In this document: positions 27,001-39,394 of the stretch, in pieces
Position numbering within the stretch: the stretch's first letter is position 1
How the letters are laid out: every line of letters starts with the position of its first letter
Assembly (NCBI GenBank): GCA_002633005.1
Contig: NMRA01000199.1
Coordinates: 26,505-90,504 of the forward strand
Source of the DNA: Phoronis australis
Lineage: Eukaryota; Animalia; Phoronida
Length of the DNA stretch: 64,000 bases
Direction: 5' to 3'
Notes under the pieces: model-generated
Told to the model about the DNA's origin: nothing
Seen by the model: only the letters and a program-made list of their open reading frames with translations
Database searches by the model: none
Made by a program: the position numbers and the translations under genes

Positions 27001-30000
27001 GAAAGCTGATTTAGCACTTAATAACATTGAAAATTCTCATTAACCAATCAACCGCATGGAACTAACATCCCAACCAATGATAGCTTACCCAAACACCAAT
27101 GACAACACCCATAACCACATGAACTAGGAAAACAAAGCTTCCCAGAACACCAGCGCAGGCAATGTCAAACAGTTTAGCATTCGTGGCACCCACGAATAAA
27201 GAGGCTATAGCATTCTGGGCTGCCATCAGGACTTGAACTACCATGCAGATGATCACATACGTGTCCTGGAATTGAACATATTAATCTCACACTACGATCA
27301 CAATAAAGAAGACCAGCATGAGTAATTAACCAAACAGTACATACTTTCATACACCTCCGGTGTGCTTTAGTTGTACTTAGACAAATGAAATAACAAGTAT
27401 CTGTTTGATCCTCATGAGACAACACAGAACAGAACTAAGGCAGTGTTATCAAAAATAGCCATCCCTAATTTGCATACCAAAGCTTTCAATATTTATTAGC
27501 GCATCCTTTAAGTGGTAGCGCAAGACCAAATTCCTGTCTAAGTCTTACTTTATTTTCAAATGACACAGAACACACAATGCACGCTACTCCAAGTGCGAGT
27601 ACACCCACACCGCAAAGTATGCTAGATTTTCCCTCCGCACTATATTTTCATCAACAAATTTCAATTTCACTTCTCCAGTTTTCACTGGCTGATAAAGATC
27701 ATTCCAACGTCACACATATTCAACACTATGACATCAGTGGTTCATTAGAGTATGGTGTACCTACCAATAAAGTGAGATAAGAGATGGTTGGTAAACTTTG
27801 TGAAACAACAAACTTGAAGGCTACGGATGTCAGGAGAAGGGTCAGAGTCACACTGAGACGGTCAGCGACCTCTGTGGACGGGACAGCTAATGAAGCAAAT
27901 GTCAGCAGCATAATCAAAGCCTAAAAAAGATTTATATCTTCTTTCACACATCGCTGGAGGTATATCCAAACCTTGAGAACTGCATTCAGTTTTGAGACTA
28001 ACTTAGCATCTGTACAACATCAGTAGTATACACTTCAAATTTAACCATTATTTAAAATGAGACATTTCAAAACAAACATATTATCCAACTACTTCTCAAA
28101 TGATTCATCAGGATTCCATCTCAGTGTTCACCATGATAACTTCCCCATATTGGTTCAGAATTAAGACATCAGCACAGCTACACTTGAGGACTTGAAGTGG
28201 CACTGTCAGTGGTCCGATCTTACAAAGTAACAATTCCTAAGTGAGATGCTGCAGTTCAAAAGTTTACAACCATTATCAATTGGTTGGCATTTCATAACCA
28301 CCTTAGCGACTTTTGGTAAAAATGAGACGTAACTGCTTAATCATCAAAAGTATGTCGTTTCTTTTCTGGGCTTAACACCAACTTCAGTACAACTAAATTT
28401 TTCATAATAAACGTTTAATTTTTTAAGAATCGAGTTTTTGTATCAACAATATGAATACCAACCATAATAAGAGCTACATTCCACAGGTAGTAGGCCGGTC
28501 GGCGCACCACGTTGGTCTTCACAAGGTATCTCGGGTAAATTCTGTGTGAACTTGCTGCTTCCCTCTCGCTCACTATAGGACCAGCAATGACATGTTGACA
28601 CAGCTCAAACTCCTGAACACCTGTAGTAAGTAACACAGTAGTAAGCATGCTTCCCTCTCGCTCACTATAGGACCAGCAATGACATGTTGACACAGCTCAA
28701 ACTCCTGAACACCTGTAGTTAGTAACACAGTAGCAAGCAAAACTAACAAAACTACCGTATACATTTGGATGAATGCCCAGGGAATTCAAATAGAAAAACT
28801 CAAAACATGAGGGACTGAGAGTGGAATCAAGCGTGTGTATTTCAAAGCATAAATGTTTCGACAAAGGTGGCAACAGGCCCATAACGTAGAAGTGTCGTGA
28901 GGACTTGACAGGGACCTCAGGGGTCTCACACTCCACTGATTTATCCGCATTATTTTGAAAACACTTTGCCTCTTCACAGATTGTGTGTCATAAAAGAGAT
29001 AAGCATACCTGCAGCTGACGCAGCAAGTAGAACTACTCTCGTTTATCACATCGGTGTAGACTCACAGTTGAACTGTGGTTTTTTGTTGACCCCAGAACAT
29101 CCGGAGTTGCACCACATACCAACTCCGGACGGTCTCTCACGGCCGATTTATCGTTACAATTTACGGTACCTAATTGGGATTCAGAGTACAGCTAGCTAAA
29201 TATGGGCACTAACTTGTGAGTGAATGAATAACGTTGTAATTGACACTAGCGTCCCAAATAGTGCAAGTCATTTTTGCTGTCCATGTGGTGAGAATGTTCT
29301 TTAAACCAGACTCCAACACCACAACTAGCTTAATATGACGTTCTTTCAAGCCCAGCTTCTACTTCTACTGTGAGTTAGCTCAAGGATTGGGTTTTTGGTG
29401 ACAAAACTGCCATTACTTGACCAATTTTGAAATTTCAAAATCCACGTAGTCCACAAGTGAGAATGGAGTGTAGGTAAAACAAGTTGGACTCACAGGTGAC
29501 ATAGTAGAAAGTCAAGATTTCTCCAAATTGCTCCCTTAAAAGGAAATTGTTATTTTATCTGCCTACTTAAGTCTTGTACTGCACAGTACCTGTAAACGTG
29601 TCCAATCGAATACTGTCCTTAATGCCCATGTCTTTCACAAACTCCACATCGTCTTGAGGCCAGTTTGATTCGATCAAAATTGTCAGCTCCTACAACCAGG
29701 TATACTGTATTATGCATACAGTGAACACCATGACAACAGAGGGCGCATATTATGTTAGTCAGAATGCATTTAAAAGGAGATGGCAACAGTAGTCAGTTTT
29801 CACATGGGTTTGCTTTCGTGCTTTACTTTTACTTTGTTTGTGTGTGCATGTGCATGTGTGTATGTGTATGTGCATGTGTGTGTGTGTGTATGCATGTGTG
29901 TATGTGTGTGTGTGTGCATGTGCATGTGTATCCATACACACGTCTGTCAATGTCTTGAGCTACGCCAAATACTAGATTCACCCTGAACAGGAAAAAGATT

Positions 30001-33000
30001 GCTCTAGCCAGGCCAAGGGGAGTGTTGAAGATGAATTTGCAAAACATGCCCCTCAAACAATGAGAACATGGTAAAACAATTGCACAGACTGAAGCCACTT
30101 CCATCGCCAGATGAGTGAGTCCTTGGTAGTATTGACATATCATCATGTATACATCTGTACATACAGCTAACTGCAAACCATTTGAAATGAAAAGTGTGCA
30201 TGAGCCAAACGGCCATGATTTCCATAAATGTCACATCATTCATTTAGTCTTACAATGGTTTTGGGCAGGCTAGTGGTAAAAGTAGTTTTTAGTTCCAGTC
30301 AAGAATTGGGCTCAGATTCACCAAAGTAAAAAAACAAACGATCTTGGGAGGGAAGAGTATGCCTTCACCATTGAGTTGACAGCTAAGTCTGGTGCTGGCA
30401 TTGTGTTCACAGGAAATAATTGGTCAATATTTGCACTGAGTGTATTGTTCCGGGTTATTGTTGTCAGTGAGGCTGAAAAAAAACACGGATTTTGGTGCAT
30501 GTAATGAGTACTGAAGGCAGTCACAGGGTTGGACATTTAGCATAATGTCAAGATATATGCATGAGGAACCCAGTACAGGTAAAAACTGACCATCAGACGA
30601 TGATCGTCCGAGGGTTGGAGTTTGCTAATGGAAAGGTAATAGCACATTGAATTCAGTGAAACTGCTTGAGCTGCTTAGTCACCCATGCAATCCGTTAAGA
30701 CACCTCCTTATGTCATGAAATTGTATGACTGTGCCTCTAACTGTTGGCAGCCCAGCCAGATGGCTCTTTATTGTGTTGGCAGGGAATGGGGTAATTGAAA
30801 CGTGCCCTTCAGTTCACAAATTTTTAAATTCACCTGTACTAGGCCCACCATGGACAATAACCATTCCCATTGGTATAAATACCAATGAATGTAAACACCC
30901 ATCTCACAGCAACAATTTAGCATGTAATGGAATTTGTCCAGGAATGTACTGGTCATAGACTGGAGGGGTAACAGCTAACACCAGTGGGTGTAATACCTGA
31001 ATAGAATACCTAACAATTCGCTTACTGTTCCATCCAGAAACAAATTTTTGATTTGTCTCAACTTGTTCTTCACTTGGATGATAAGTCAGTTCTGAGATTA
31101 CAAAGAATTTGAAACAATGCTCCTAGCATAACGTGACACACATAGAAAAGCCAACTTGTTGAGGCCGGTCTCAAGAACTAACGCACTCCCTGATCTATCA
31201 AAGTCCTCGAAATAACCTCCAGAGATCAATTTGAAACCAATTCATAACAGTAAGTGGTCGCAATGAAAAGTTGGATTTTGTGAAGGAAGGCAAACAAAGC
31301 TTTAACAGACCAACCAATGATATTTCACAAGATGGTGATTTATGCCTTTACCTGGTAGTCGAATGGAAATCGTTCCAGTTCCATTTTTTCTTTAAATACT
31401 CCTTTGACACGAAGACCTAGAAAGACAAAACTGATTTCAAAGTCACGTTCTATCAAATCACAAGCGATCATCCATATTCAGTTGTGAAGAAAAACTGCAC
31501 ATTCCACAACATGTGCTTCAACCAAGAGCTTGAACCTACAATAACCATTGGATTAAGGTCCACATTCATTTACAAGACCACACCCAATTTAGACAGAAGG
31601 GCTATAAAGACTGTAAATGGCTCTCAAAAGAAATCCATCCATGCAATTTGTTTACGATATATGACCATGCAAATAGTACACGGTGATCGTGGATGTGATG
31701 CTTTTTTGTTTAGCATCATAGCCATCTTGGACATGGAGTGACTGATAACCAGTATCAATTGTTTGGATTAATACCACTCCCTGATTTCTATGTTTCTCAG
31801 TTTAAATACACTGGGCATTATTCTCTGGACTGCGAAGGTAATTTTCTGGTAAAATTCCTGGACTGCATCGGTGACGAAGAAATGAATGCATTGCCAGCTT
31901 TTCTTTCATTAAGAAATGTACATTAACGATGACTGTGTTCACGTATCGTTTATAGAGCATCGTAATATAATTTTTAGAAATTCAATCTCGAGATTAAAAG
32001 GCTACTAAACCCTGTTTTGATGATTTTAACCAATCCTTGTTCAGACATCTGCTAATGCGTCATTGGCGTCAATCTTCCAAAGACAGAAATAAACTAAAAC
32101 CTTATGCTCCCTGTATCACAAATTTGACGTTATGGTTGTTGATGGATGGTCTTTTCCACAACTGTCGTGTACTTCTCTAAAGATTCAAAATTAATAAAAA
32201 TACTTTTTACTATACAAATCATATGGAGCCCTGCTACAGAAAGCCGAAAAGTACTAAAACACCTGCTCTAAATCGTCCCTTATTTAGCACGCAATAAGGC
32301 CAACAAGTAAAACTGTGTTTTGTCAAATCTCCCCACTAAAATAACAATAAAGAAAAGTTTAGTTTATTACTAAAAAATCTGGTAAAGTTTTCATCATTTG
32401 CAGCAGATATAACCAGCGTTTGAAAAATGCAAAATAAGTTGAGAACTATCGCATAAATTAAAGGTGAACTTACTGATACTAGCGATTGGTATATCACTCT
32501 CACCATCATACTCTAGTCTGTGTTTCTTGACTATCTTGTCGATACTGACTGAGTTGCCAAGAACGATACGTGGGTCCCATGCTTCTTGCCAATCCACTTC
32601 CTGTTGAAAATCACAAATTTATATACAACTATTGAAGTCTGTTTTTGAACACAATTCAATGGAAGAGTCCACAAGCTGCATCACTCTTCAGCATCATCGA
32701 GAACTTTGACAGAAAAAAGAAGTGAACAGAAAAAGATAGACGTTAACATGGACCCCTATATAAACTTAAGGGGCCCGAGCTGCTGCACTTACGCTGCTCA
32801 AAACTAATTTCAATTGTTGACCATGTCATAAGAATGAATCATTTAAAATCATAAGCTGTTCAACACTACCATGTCTAGTTTATACCAAAATTATAAATGG
32901 TAACAATTTTGATGTCAGAAATTCTTTGTTTCCTCTAACTTTACTCCAGTCTTGAGATGTGGGTCAATGAGTAATTGTGCTTTTCATCGACGGAAGCGAG

Positions 33001-36000
33001 CTCAATTTCGTTGCAAAAATATTTCTTTTTTGTTGAAACTGAAAAAATAAATTTGCCAGACTGCACATAAAAAGGTTTCAGTCACGCACATATTTTGTAG
33101 TTGGTTGCGAAAGAGAAAACAAATTGAATTTTAACTTCGCAAAATATACGGTAAAATCTTGCCAACTTAGGATGCAGTACATCCAGCAAGTGAAACTTTA
33201 TTACCATTTTTTCCAAGAAACATACGTAGCATTAGAATTCAATGACTTCCGCATAGTACAGCTCACATCAAATAAAGTTCTGAAGAAATTAATGCATTCA
33301 CAAATACAATATCAGATCTTGAAAAACAAAAAATACTTTTTCGCAATATTCTTGTACAAAATTAAGAGATTTTACAATTTCACACAATCTTACAAGCTCT
33401 GCATTTCAAAGACAAGACTTGGTCAAAATAAAACACAGTTCAATAGCAGCATATTAATACCACAAACTTGGGACTCAGAATCCAAGCAAAAAGTTACCTC
33501 TCGCATTTTACCCTTGAGTAACGGCTCTCTGTATTTACAGATTATGTAAAGCTCAGCAGTAAATTCTTGGCTCACATTGTTGATGTCTCCAATAGCAATA
33601 ATGTTAACACGCACATGAAGCGTCACCTGCGCAAGAAAAATATTGAAACATAAATTTAATTCATCCCACAGACCTTCCATTTTAAGTGATTTCAAAGTCT
33701 AGCTAAAGGTCGAGAAAACTGAAACGGGAATTCAGCCATTTCTGCATTAGGAAACAGTGAGCATGGTACACCTTTCAGCAGACTCTTGAGTCTTGGTTGA
33801 CATTAGGGTTAGTGACCCTTCTGTGTATTCTTACAAACAATAGCAAAAATATTTCTCCCCCATCCATTCTTCTGAAATTCTAATTGGTAGATATACAAGG
33901 CTAACTGAAACAGGTCAACACTGGCCTTGGGTCAGTACACACAGCTTTGCAATGATGTCAAAATCTGATACAAAAGTAGTGTTATTAAAAACTACACTCT
34001 TCCTAGAGTAAACTAAATTTTTTACTTGGTGCTAAAAAATGTCATTCTGCCATTATTCTGCTGCTAAATTTGTGGAGTAATATTATGCAATGGTTTACAG
34101 TGTCATAAAACAGAGAGCCACCTAGTGGCTGATTCTTCAGTCAAACTGTTTCTTCTTCCACAAGGTTGCATACCTGTCACAACAAATTACACAAACCGAT
34201 TTCACTTGCTCATGAGTGTTTAGCATTTTAATACCAGAATCTGGTACAATTTTTATGACAAGGTGACGAGCCCAACTACCCAGGCAATGTGAAAGGATGA
34301 GGTGCCGTGTGAGGTTACCACACACCAGTTCCTAAAAGTGTATTTTGATGTTAGTCTTCTTACCGCGAGTTGATCGACAAATCAATCATTAGCCACTACA
34401 GCAGTCACGTGCCATGTGACACTCCAGTGGCACGAAAACGAGGCACCAAGTGTGCCTGATGGATTGTTTACGACATTGTGGGTAAATACAACGACATTAG
34501 AGTGTCGCTATGTAATATTGGTCGGCGCTATTGGGAAAAGTTAAACAGTACACACCATGGATTTTTGCACATTTTGAATTACCGGTGGCCACAGACTAAA
34601 TGTATGACGTAAAATTTAGCTAAACCCATGTTTATTTTGTGTAATTAGCTCAAAATTTTGATTTTTCTTTCAATTTTGCCAATTTTCACATTTCCCGCCA
34701 TGTGACGTCATGGGTTGAACACAAGAGATCAGTGACTAGCATTGAACAATGGCGGAGACCAGNNNNNNNNNNNNNNNNNNNNNNNNNNNNNNNNNNNNNN
34801 NNNNNNNNNNNNNNNNNNNNNNNNNNNNNNNNNNNNNNNNNNNNNNNNNNNNNNNNNNNNNNNNNNNNNNNNNNNNNNNNNNNNNNNNNNNNNNNNNNNN
34901 NNNNNNNNNNNNNNNNNNNNNNNNNNNNNNNNNNNNNNNNNNNNNNNNNNNNNNNNNNNNNNNNNNNNNNNNNNNNNNNNNNNNNNNNNNNNNNNNNNNN
35001 NNNNNNNNNNNNNNNNNNNNNNNNNNNNNNNNNNNNNNNNNNNNNNNNNNNNNNNNNNNNNNNNNNNNNNNNNNNNNNNNNNNNNNNNNNNNNNNNNNNN
35101 NNNNNNNNNNNNNNNNNNNNNNNNNNNNNNNNNNNNNNNNNNNNNNNNNNNNNNNNNNNNNNNNNNNNNNNNNNNNNNNNNNNNNNNNNNCTAAGGTGTC
35201 CCTCTATGCACAAAAGGTACTTATAGCAACATGGCTTTGATGGTTCAATAATTTGGCGCAAGGCTTCCTGTGTACAGAGGGCCTACTGGATGACCGTCTC
35301 TTCTCAGTCACGGGCCAGTTGAGATGGTGGTACTGCATGTCTATGATTGGAAGATTATAACATCCAATTCCCCAATGACTCATTTGACATAAGAAACACA
35401 GCCAGTAAGTGTTAGTGCTAATGGTGGATACAAGGAATAGGTACATTCAAGGTATCCATGCTCCTGGGTGGCGCACCACAGGGGGCTGGGAGTATAGCCC
35501 CCCCACTTATTTCAGTGCTGTGTCACCCATGATGCTGTGTGTGAACTTGGAATCCTGGTTTATCTCAAGATTGCATAATCGTGAACTTGGAATTGAATAA
35601 TCATATAAAGACAATTAGGCGAATTTTTTGTTCATAATTGCAAAGAATTTTTGTAATTACTAACCTTTGGTCGATAAACCATTTCCTCCTTAACCATATA
35701 ACTAATGTGACAAAGAATCGGAGGAATATGTGAATGGTTAATTTTGCATTTGCTTTAGTGCAGTGCAAATTTTTCTCAACGTGCACGCGCGTTAATTTAT
35801 TTGAGTGAACTTGCTACGTTTACGCTGGTGTAATATTCCAAGTTCACGCATACCGGCGCTATCTTCAGATTAAGCAGAATTCCAAGTTCACGCATACGCT
35901 ATCTTCAGATTAAGCAGAATTCCAAGTTCACGCACAGCAGCCACACCGTAATACACTAATACTGACTAATAGAAAATTATGACCACCTTTTCTCCCCCTA

Positions 36001-36178
36001 AGTCTTGTCTGGTTTTGTGCCAAACTTCATCGTCGGGAGTCTTCGTATTGGAATTGATATCTTGAAGAAGATTTCTGTTCTCCTCACAACTAACTTTTAT
36101 GTCATTCAGCACTTTCAGTTGCTCTTTTAGAACTTGCAACGTGTCCTCAGAACTTGGCTGCAGCGGTAGGGGATCCAT
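24054..36178 (-). CDS. Cys-less (Pro-loop) pentameric ligand-gated ion channel subunit, 11 coding exons, ~455 aa
   Basis: Manual splice model: 36178-35987, 33626-33498, 32600-32474, 31416-31352, 29689-29590, 28620-28463, 27920-27765, 27265-27089, 25915-25787, 25081-24980, 24086-24054. All junctions GT-AG, phases consistent, total 1368 nt. pLGIC motifs: IGDINNVSQEFTAELY (beta1-2), WDPRI (loop A), MELERFPFDYQ (Pro-loop), pre-M1 RRPAYYLWN, M2 DRLSVTLTLLLTSVAF, LPTISYLTLLDTY (M2-M3), four TM segments. Confidence 0.9.
24980..25081 (-). CDS. pLGIC exon 10 (DETSKRRRKHKK...VGQ)
   Basis: TTGTAG acceptor, CAG|GTAATG donor; 34 open codons. Confidence 0.55.
25787..25915 (-). CDS. pLGIC exon 9 (INKRNRYLHTATKEY...DANV), post-M4 tail
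   Basis: TTTGTTTCCAG acceptor, GTT|GTAAGT donor; open frame in phase 0. Confidence 0.7.
26225..26427 (-). pseudogene. Decayed THAP domain within pLGIC intron 8
   Basis: MPANFHCCTVGCTN...LQFHTFP...PR*SQWL...ENFNPN with stops and a frameshift. Confidence 0.6.
27089..27265 (-). CDS. pLGIC exon 8 (M3, short loop, M4)
   Basis: TTCCAG acceptor, TGG|GTAAGC donor; two hydrophobic helices. Confidence 0.9.
27765..27920 (-). CDS. pLGIC exon 7 (M1 end, M2, M2-M3 loop)
   Basis: TTTTTTAG acceptor, TTG|GTAGGT donor; ADRLSVTLTLLLTSVAFK...LPTISYLTLL. Confidence 0.93.
28463..28620 (-). CDS. pLGIC exon 6 (VQEFELCQH...RRPAYYLWNVALIM)
   Basis: CTACAG acceptor, ATG|GTAGGT donor; pre-M1 Arg motif. Confidence 0.9.
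28556..28738. repeat. 92-bp tandem duplication spanning the pLGIC intron 5/exon 6 junction
   Basis: Two copies of the acceptor (exon starts at 28712 and 28620). Confidence 0.95.
29590..29689 (-). CDS. pLGIC exon 5 (ELTILIESNWPQDDVEFVKD...DTFTG)
   Basis: TTGTAG acceptor, G|GTACTG donor; open frame with phases 0/1 matching its neighbours. Confidence 0.85.
29838..29930. repeat. (TG)n-type compound microsatellite
   Basis: Direct inspection. Confidence 0.95.
31352..31416 (-). CDS. pLGIC exon 4 (LRVKGVFKEKMELERFPFDYQ; Pro-loop)
   Basis: TTTTGTCTTTCTAG acceptor, CAG|GTAAAG donor; FPFDxQ motif; not present in the ORF track. Confidence 0.9.
32474..32600 (-). CDS. pLGIC exon 3 (EVDWQEAWDPRIVLGNSVS...)
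   Basis: TTTTCAACAG acceptor, GTAAGT donor; WxP loop-A motif. Confidence 0.9.
33498..33626 (-). CDS. pLGIC exon 2 (VTLHVRVNIIAIGDINNVSQEFTAELY...KMRE)
   Basis: TTTTTCTTGCGCAG acceptor, GAG|GTAAC donor; beta1/beta2 pattern of pLGICs. Confidence 0.9.
34763..35190. other. Assembly gap (N) in pLGIC intron 1
   Basis: Run of N. Confidence 1.
35531..35950. mobile_element. MITE with ~70-bp TIRs built from ~40-bp GTGAACTTGGAAT units, ~40 bp from the pLGIC exon 1 donor
   Basis: 35531-35595 is an imperfect reverse complement of 35835-35950; the right end reads ...CACCGTA. Confidence 0.65.
35987..36178 (-). CDS. pLGIC coding exon 1 (MDPLPLQ...DLGGEK), heptad/coiled-coil-like, no signal peptide
   Basis: ATG preceded by an in-frame TAA; AAG|GTGGTC donor in phase 0 joins exon 2; upstream pyrimidine-rich acceptor near 36337. 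Confidence 0.65.
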
Positions 36179-39100
36179 TCCACCAGTTTACATCAATTTT
36201 GATCTTTTGTTTGATCACATAAAGGAGCGCAAGCCTATCGATTCGTCGTCGGAGCGCGGAGCGCACCTGTTACTATGAGAGATTGTGTTTTTCACCGTAA
36301 AGAGTTCCATTTTCTGTGGCTCACACAAGGTGTCGCTGAGAGAGAAATAATGAGATAAAGCGTGACAGCCAGCCGGTCAGTGCCGAGAAAAGACACCAGA
36401 AAATGTTCATATTTGGCCAAATTTGGAACATCATTATTAAAAATTCGGCGGATCGGATTCATTTAAAACTTTTAAATGCCACCCTTCATGCACCGTTCTT
36501 TAAAACCATATAGGAATTGATTCTCCTCTCTCCAAGTCTGACATGCTCATGACATGAAACTTTTCCTCAAAACTGTATGATAATTAAAACTGTATGACAA
36601 TTAAGTCAGCGTAAATTTACTCAGCTGAGAATCTCTCTGTCACGCTACGCATCTTACACGGCGATCGCTAATCATTTCATTTTAGGAACACCGCAGGAGA
36701 GGTTCGTTCGGCCGGCTATCCTTCCAAAACCAAAAATATTGCAATAATGTGGGACGCCGAGAGACCAGGCGAGTCTGCCTCAACCAAATACATTGGAAAT
36801 CACCTTGAACAATCTCTATCCATCGGAATAATATGAAGGAAAATATTATGAAAAGGGCTAAATCCAGAATTCTGAATTTGTGTTTTGAGAGTATATCTTA
36901 AAATAATTCATTATTTTTTAACACCACTTGCGTTAAACCTTAATAACTCTTTATTTGTATGCACGTCAGTTTTAATAAACATTTTTCTATTCATTTTCCA
37001 TTGGAGGAATCTTTCACGCGCGTAATTTCGTGTGTTATTTTTTGTTTGGGGCTTATGGTTGGTCTAGACGCAAATTGCAATCACGTGTCTTCACAGATAT
37101 TTTACTCTTTTATTTTCACAGTATGATCGCTTACCTTTGAATTGTTGTTAGTCATTTAATGTTTCGATCGCATGTTTTGCAATTAGCACGTAATTATTTA
37201 CGCGACAAAACAGCACCGTCATTGCCAACACAATTTTAACCGGTTTCTGACCCAAGGTGATCAATCATCAATAGTGCGTTAATGAATTTGTTTTGCACCA
37301 ACGACGCGGAGTGCGGCCCGAAAAATATACCTTTGTAAACGCATTCGGCCTTGATTCTGTCATTTTCAAGTTGACTAATGTTTGTTTTCCATGGCAATGA
37401 GGACTGTCTAATGCAACTAACGATAAATTACAGAGCTCTCAAAAAATATCAGATGGAGTTTTTCATAATAGTCAAACATATTTCTGAGTTTTCTATTTGA
37501 CAGTAATTTTAAATAAACCTTATTTTACTTAAAAAATGCAAATGCATAATAATACGAATAATAGTAAATAACTACTTACTTCTGTGGAGGAATCAAAGTC
37601 CTGCTACATCGGTGTCAACTTCATAAACTGCTTCACTACTAACTTTCAGCTGCTACAATACGTCCAACCTGTTTACATTGTACATCTCCGTTCTGAACTG
37701 CTGTAAAATGCCTTGACAGTCTAACCCCATGAGTAACACTATTACATAATAAGCCATGTGTACTAGAGTCATCAACCCACATACTGCACCTCTCCCATTA
37801 GCTGAAGTCACGTGCCAGATTCTAACGTAAACATAAACATTCAGACGCAAGTTTCCTCAGATTATTGTCTAATATGTCTAACTAACATCTTTTTATTTAA
37901 TTAACTGTGTGATACTGTCAGGGTAGCATAGAATTGATTTTCACTTTAATCTTGTATATTGTGCAGGGCCGTATGAAGCGGGGAGGGGGGTGTGCGGGGG
38001 ACACGGCCCCCCAAAAGTTTTCAGGCGTTAGGGTTAAACCGTGGCAATCGACATACGCGTGGGGCGGGGACAGCCGAGAAAAGAAAGACTGCTAAATGCG
38101 GATTAGAGAGAAAACTTAAGAGAATATTTAACAACTCTGTATCAGTGCATGGTTTACCTTTTGAGAAAAGTGGCCAGGAAGGACATTGTTGATGGGGTCT
38201 CCGCTTTCGCAGCACATGTGGTCTAAATGCACTTGGAAACGTGCACGTAATGATTCATGCATATATTTCGAAAAATCGACAAAATTTGTAAAGCGAAGCT
38301 TTGGCGGAGCGTATTAATTTACTGGATTTTTAATTTTAGTAAGTCAATTTTGCGACTGAAAAACATATTTTTTCAGAAGCCCCTCTCTGGCAAGGGATAA
38401 TGGAGACAACTGTCGCTTTTGTTTCGAATTGTATATCACTTGAGAAAATTTGATGACCTGACAGATATAATCAATTGCTGCACATTTCTTGATTTTTTAA
38501 AATATAGATATTTTCACATGGAGGGGCCCCACGTCTGAGGGAGGCCATTGATGACATTCAAGTGACCACAGTTTTTATGTTTCTATTGACAAATTCTTAA
38601 GGGTTCGCTTACGGAGAGAGGACCCAACGTTGGACTCGTGAAGAAGGTCACTTCCTGCACCGTCGTCTGAAAACACGACAGTGGAATGAACTATAACTCT
38701 TTTCCAAGCTATTTTAGTTTATTTAGTTTTTCATAATTATGGTGTCGCATTTCAGTCGGGACCCTCTCTCGGTGGAGTAGTTCAGAAAAATGTCCCTTTG
38801 TCCCTCCATACATGTAAATCCAACACTGCTAAGTATTCACGAGGGAAGTTGTGACTCGAAATTCATCAAAAAACACAAAACATTCGCGCATAGCACTATA
38901 GTATCAAGACATTCGACCTAAACAACCAAAAAATGTGAAAAGATACAGTAGGATTGACCGCCATCGAAAGGGAGTCAGGATTTTTAAAGAACGTGAAGAC
39001 CGCTGTTTGTTAATTACACAAAAGGACTATTACCGAAGGTTAGTTATAAAATAATGTTACTGTTTCCCATATTATCACTAGAATAGTATCTCTTTTGAAG

Positions 39101-39394
39101 ATGGTTACTATGAATTGTTTGTAAGGAATTCCCACATGTGGAAAATACTGCTGTCGAGGCTACCATTGGGGTGACCGTGTACATGTCGAACGAGTGTACC
39201 CAAACAAATTAAACAAATATGTTAGCGTTTTTTTGAGATCAAGTTAAACTCGTGAACCGTTATAGGTATCTCGAAAAGAGCAAAAATACACCTTACAATG
39301 AATCTGCCATTTCCTCCGGTTACCCGTCAAAAATCTGCGGGCATGCCTGCGAAAATTGCTTATAACATTCCGTTTTGATCAACAAATTCGTTAC

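Noticed and set aside
29752-30176. CV- and HT-rich ORFs
   Set aside because: Translations of the (TG)n microsatellite.
34686-35261. Long ORFs containing X
   Set aside because: Artefacts of the N gap; the same applies to 60366-61079.
37964-38720. hAT transposase remnant (FYVSIDKFL...ER)
   Set aside because: The similarity is too short and degenerate to support without a search.
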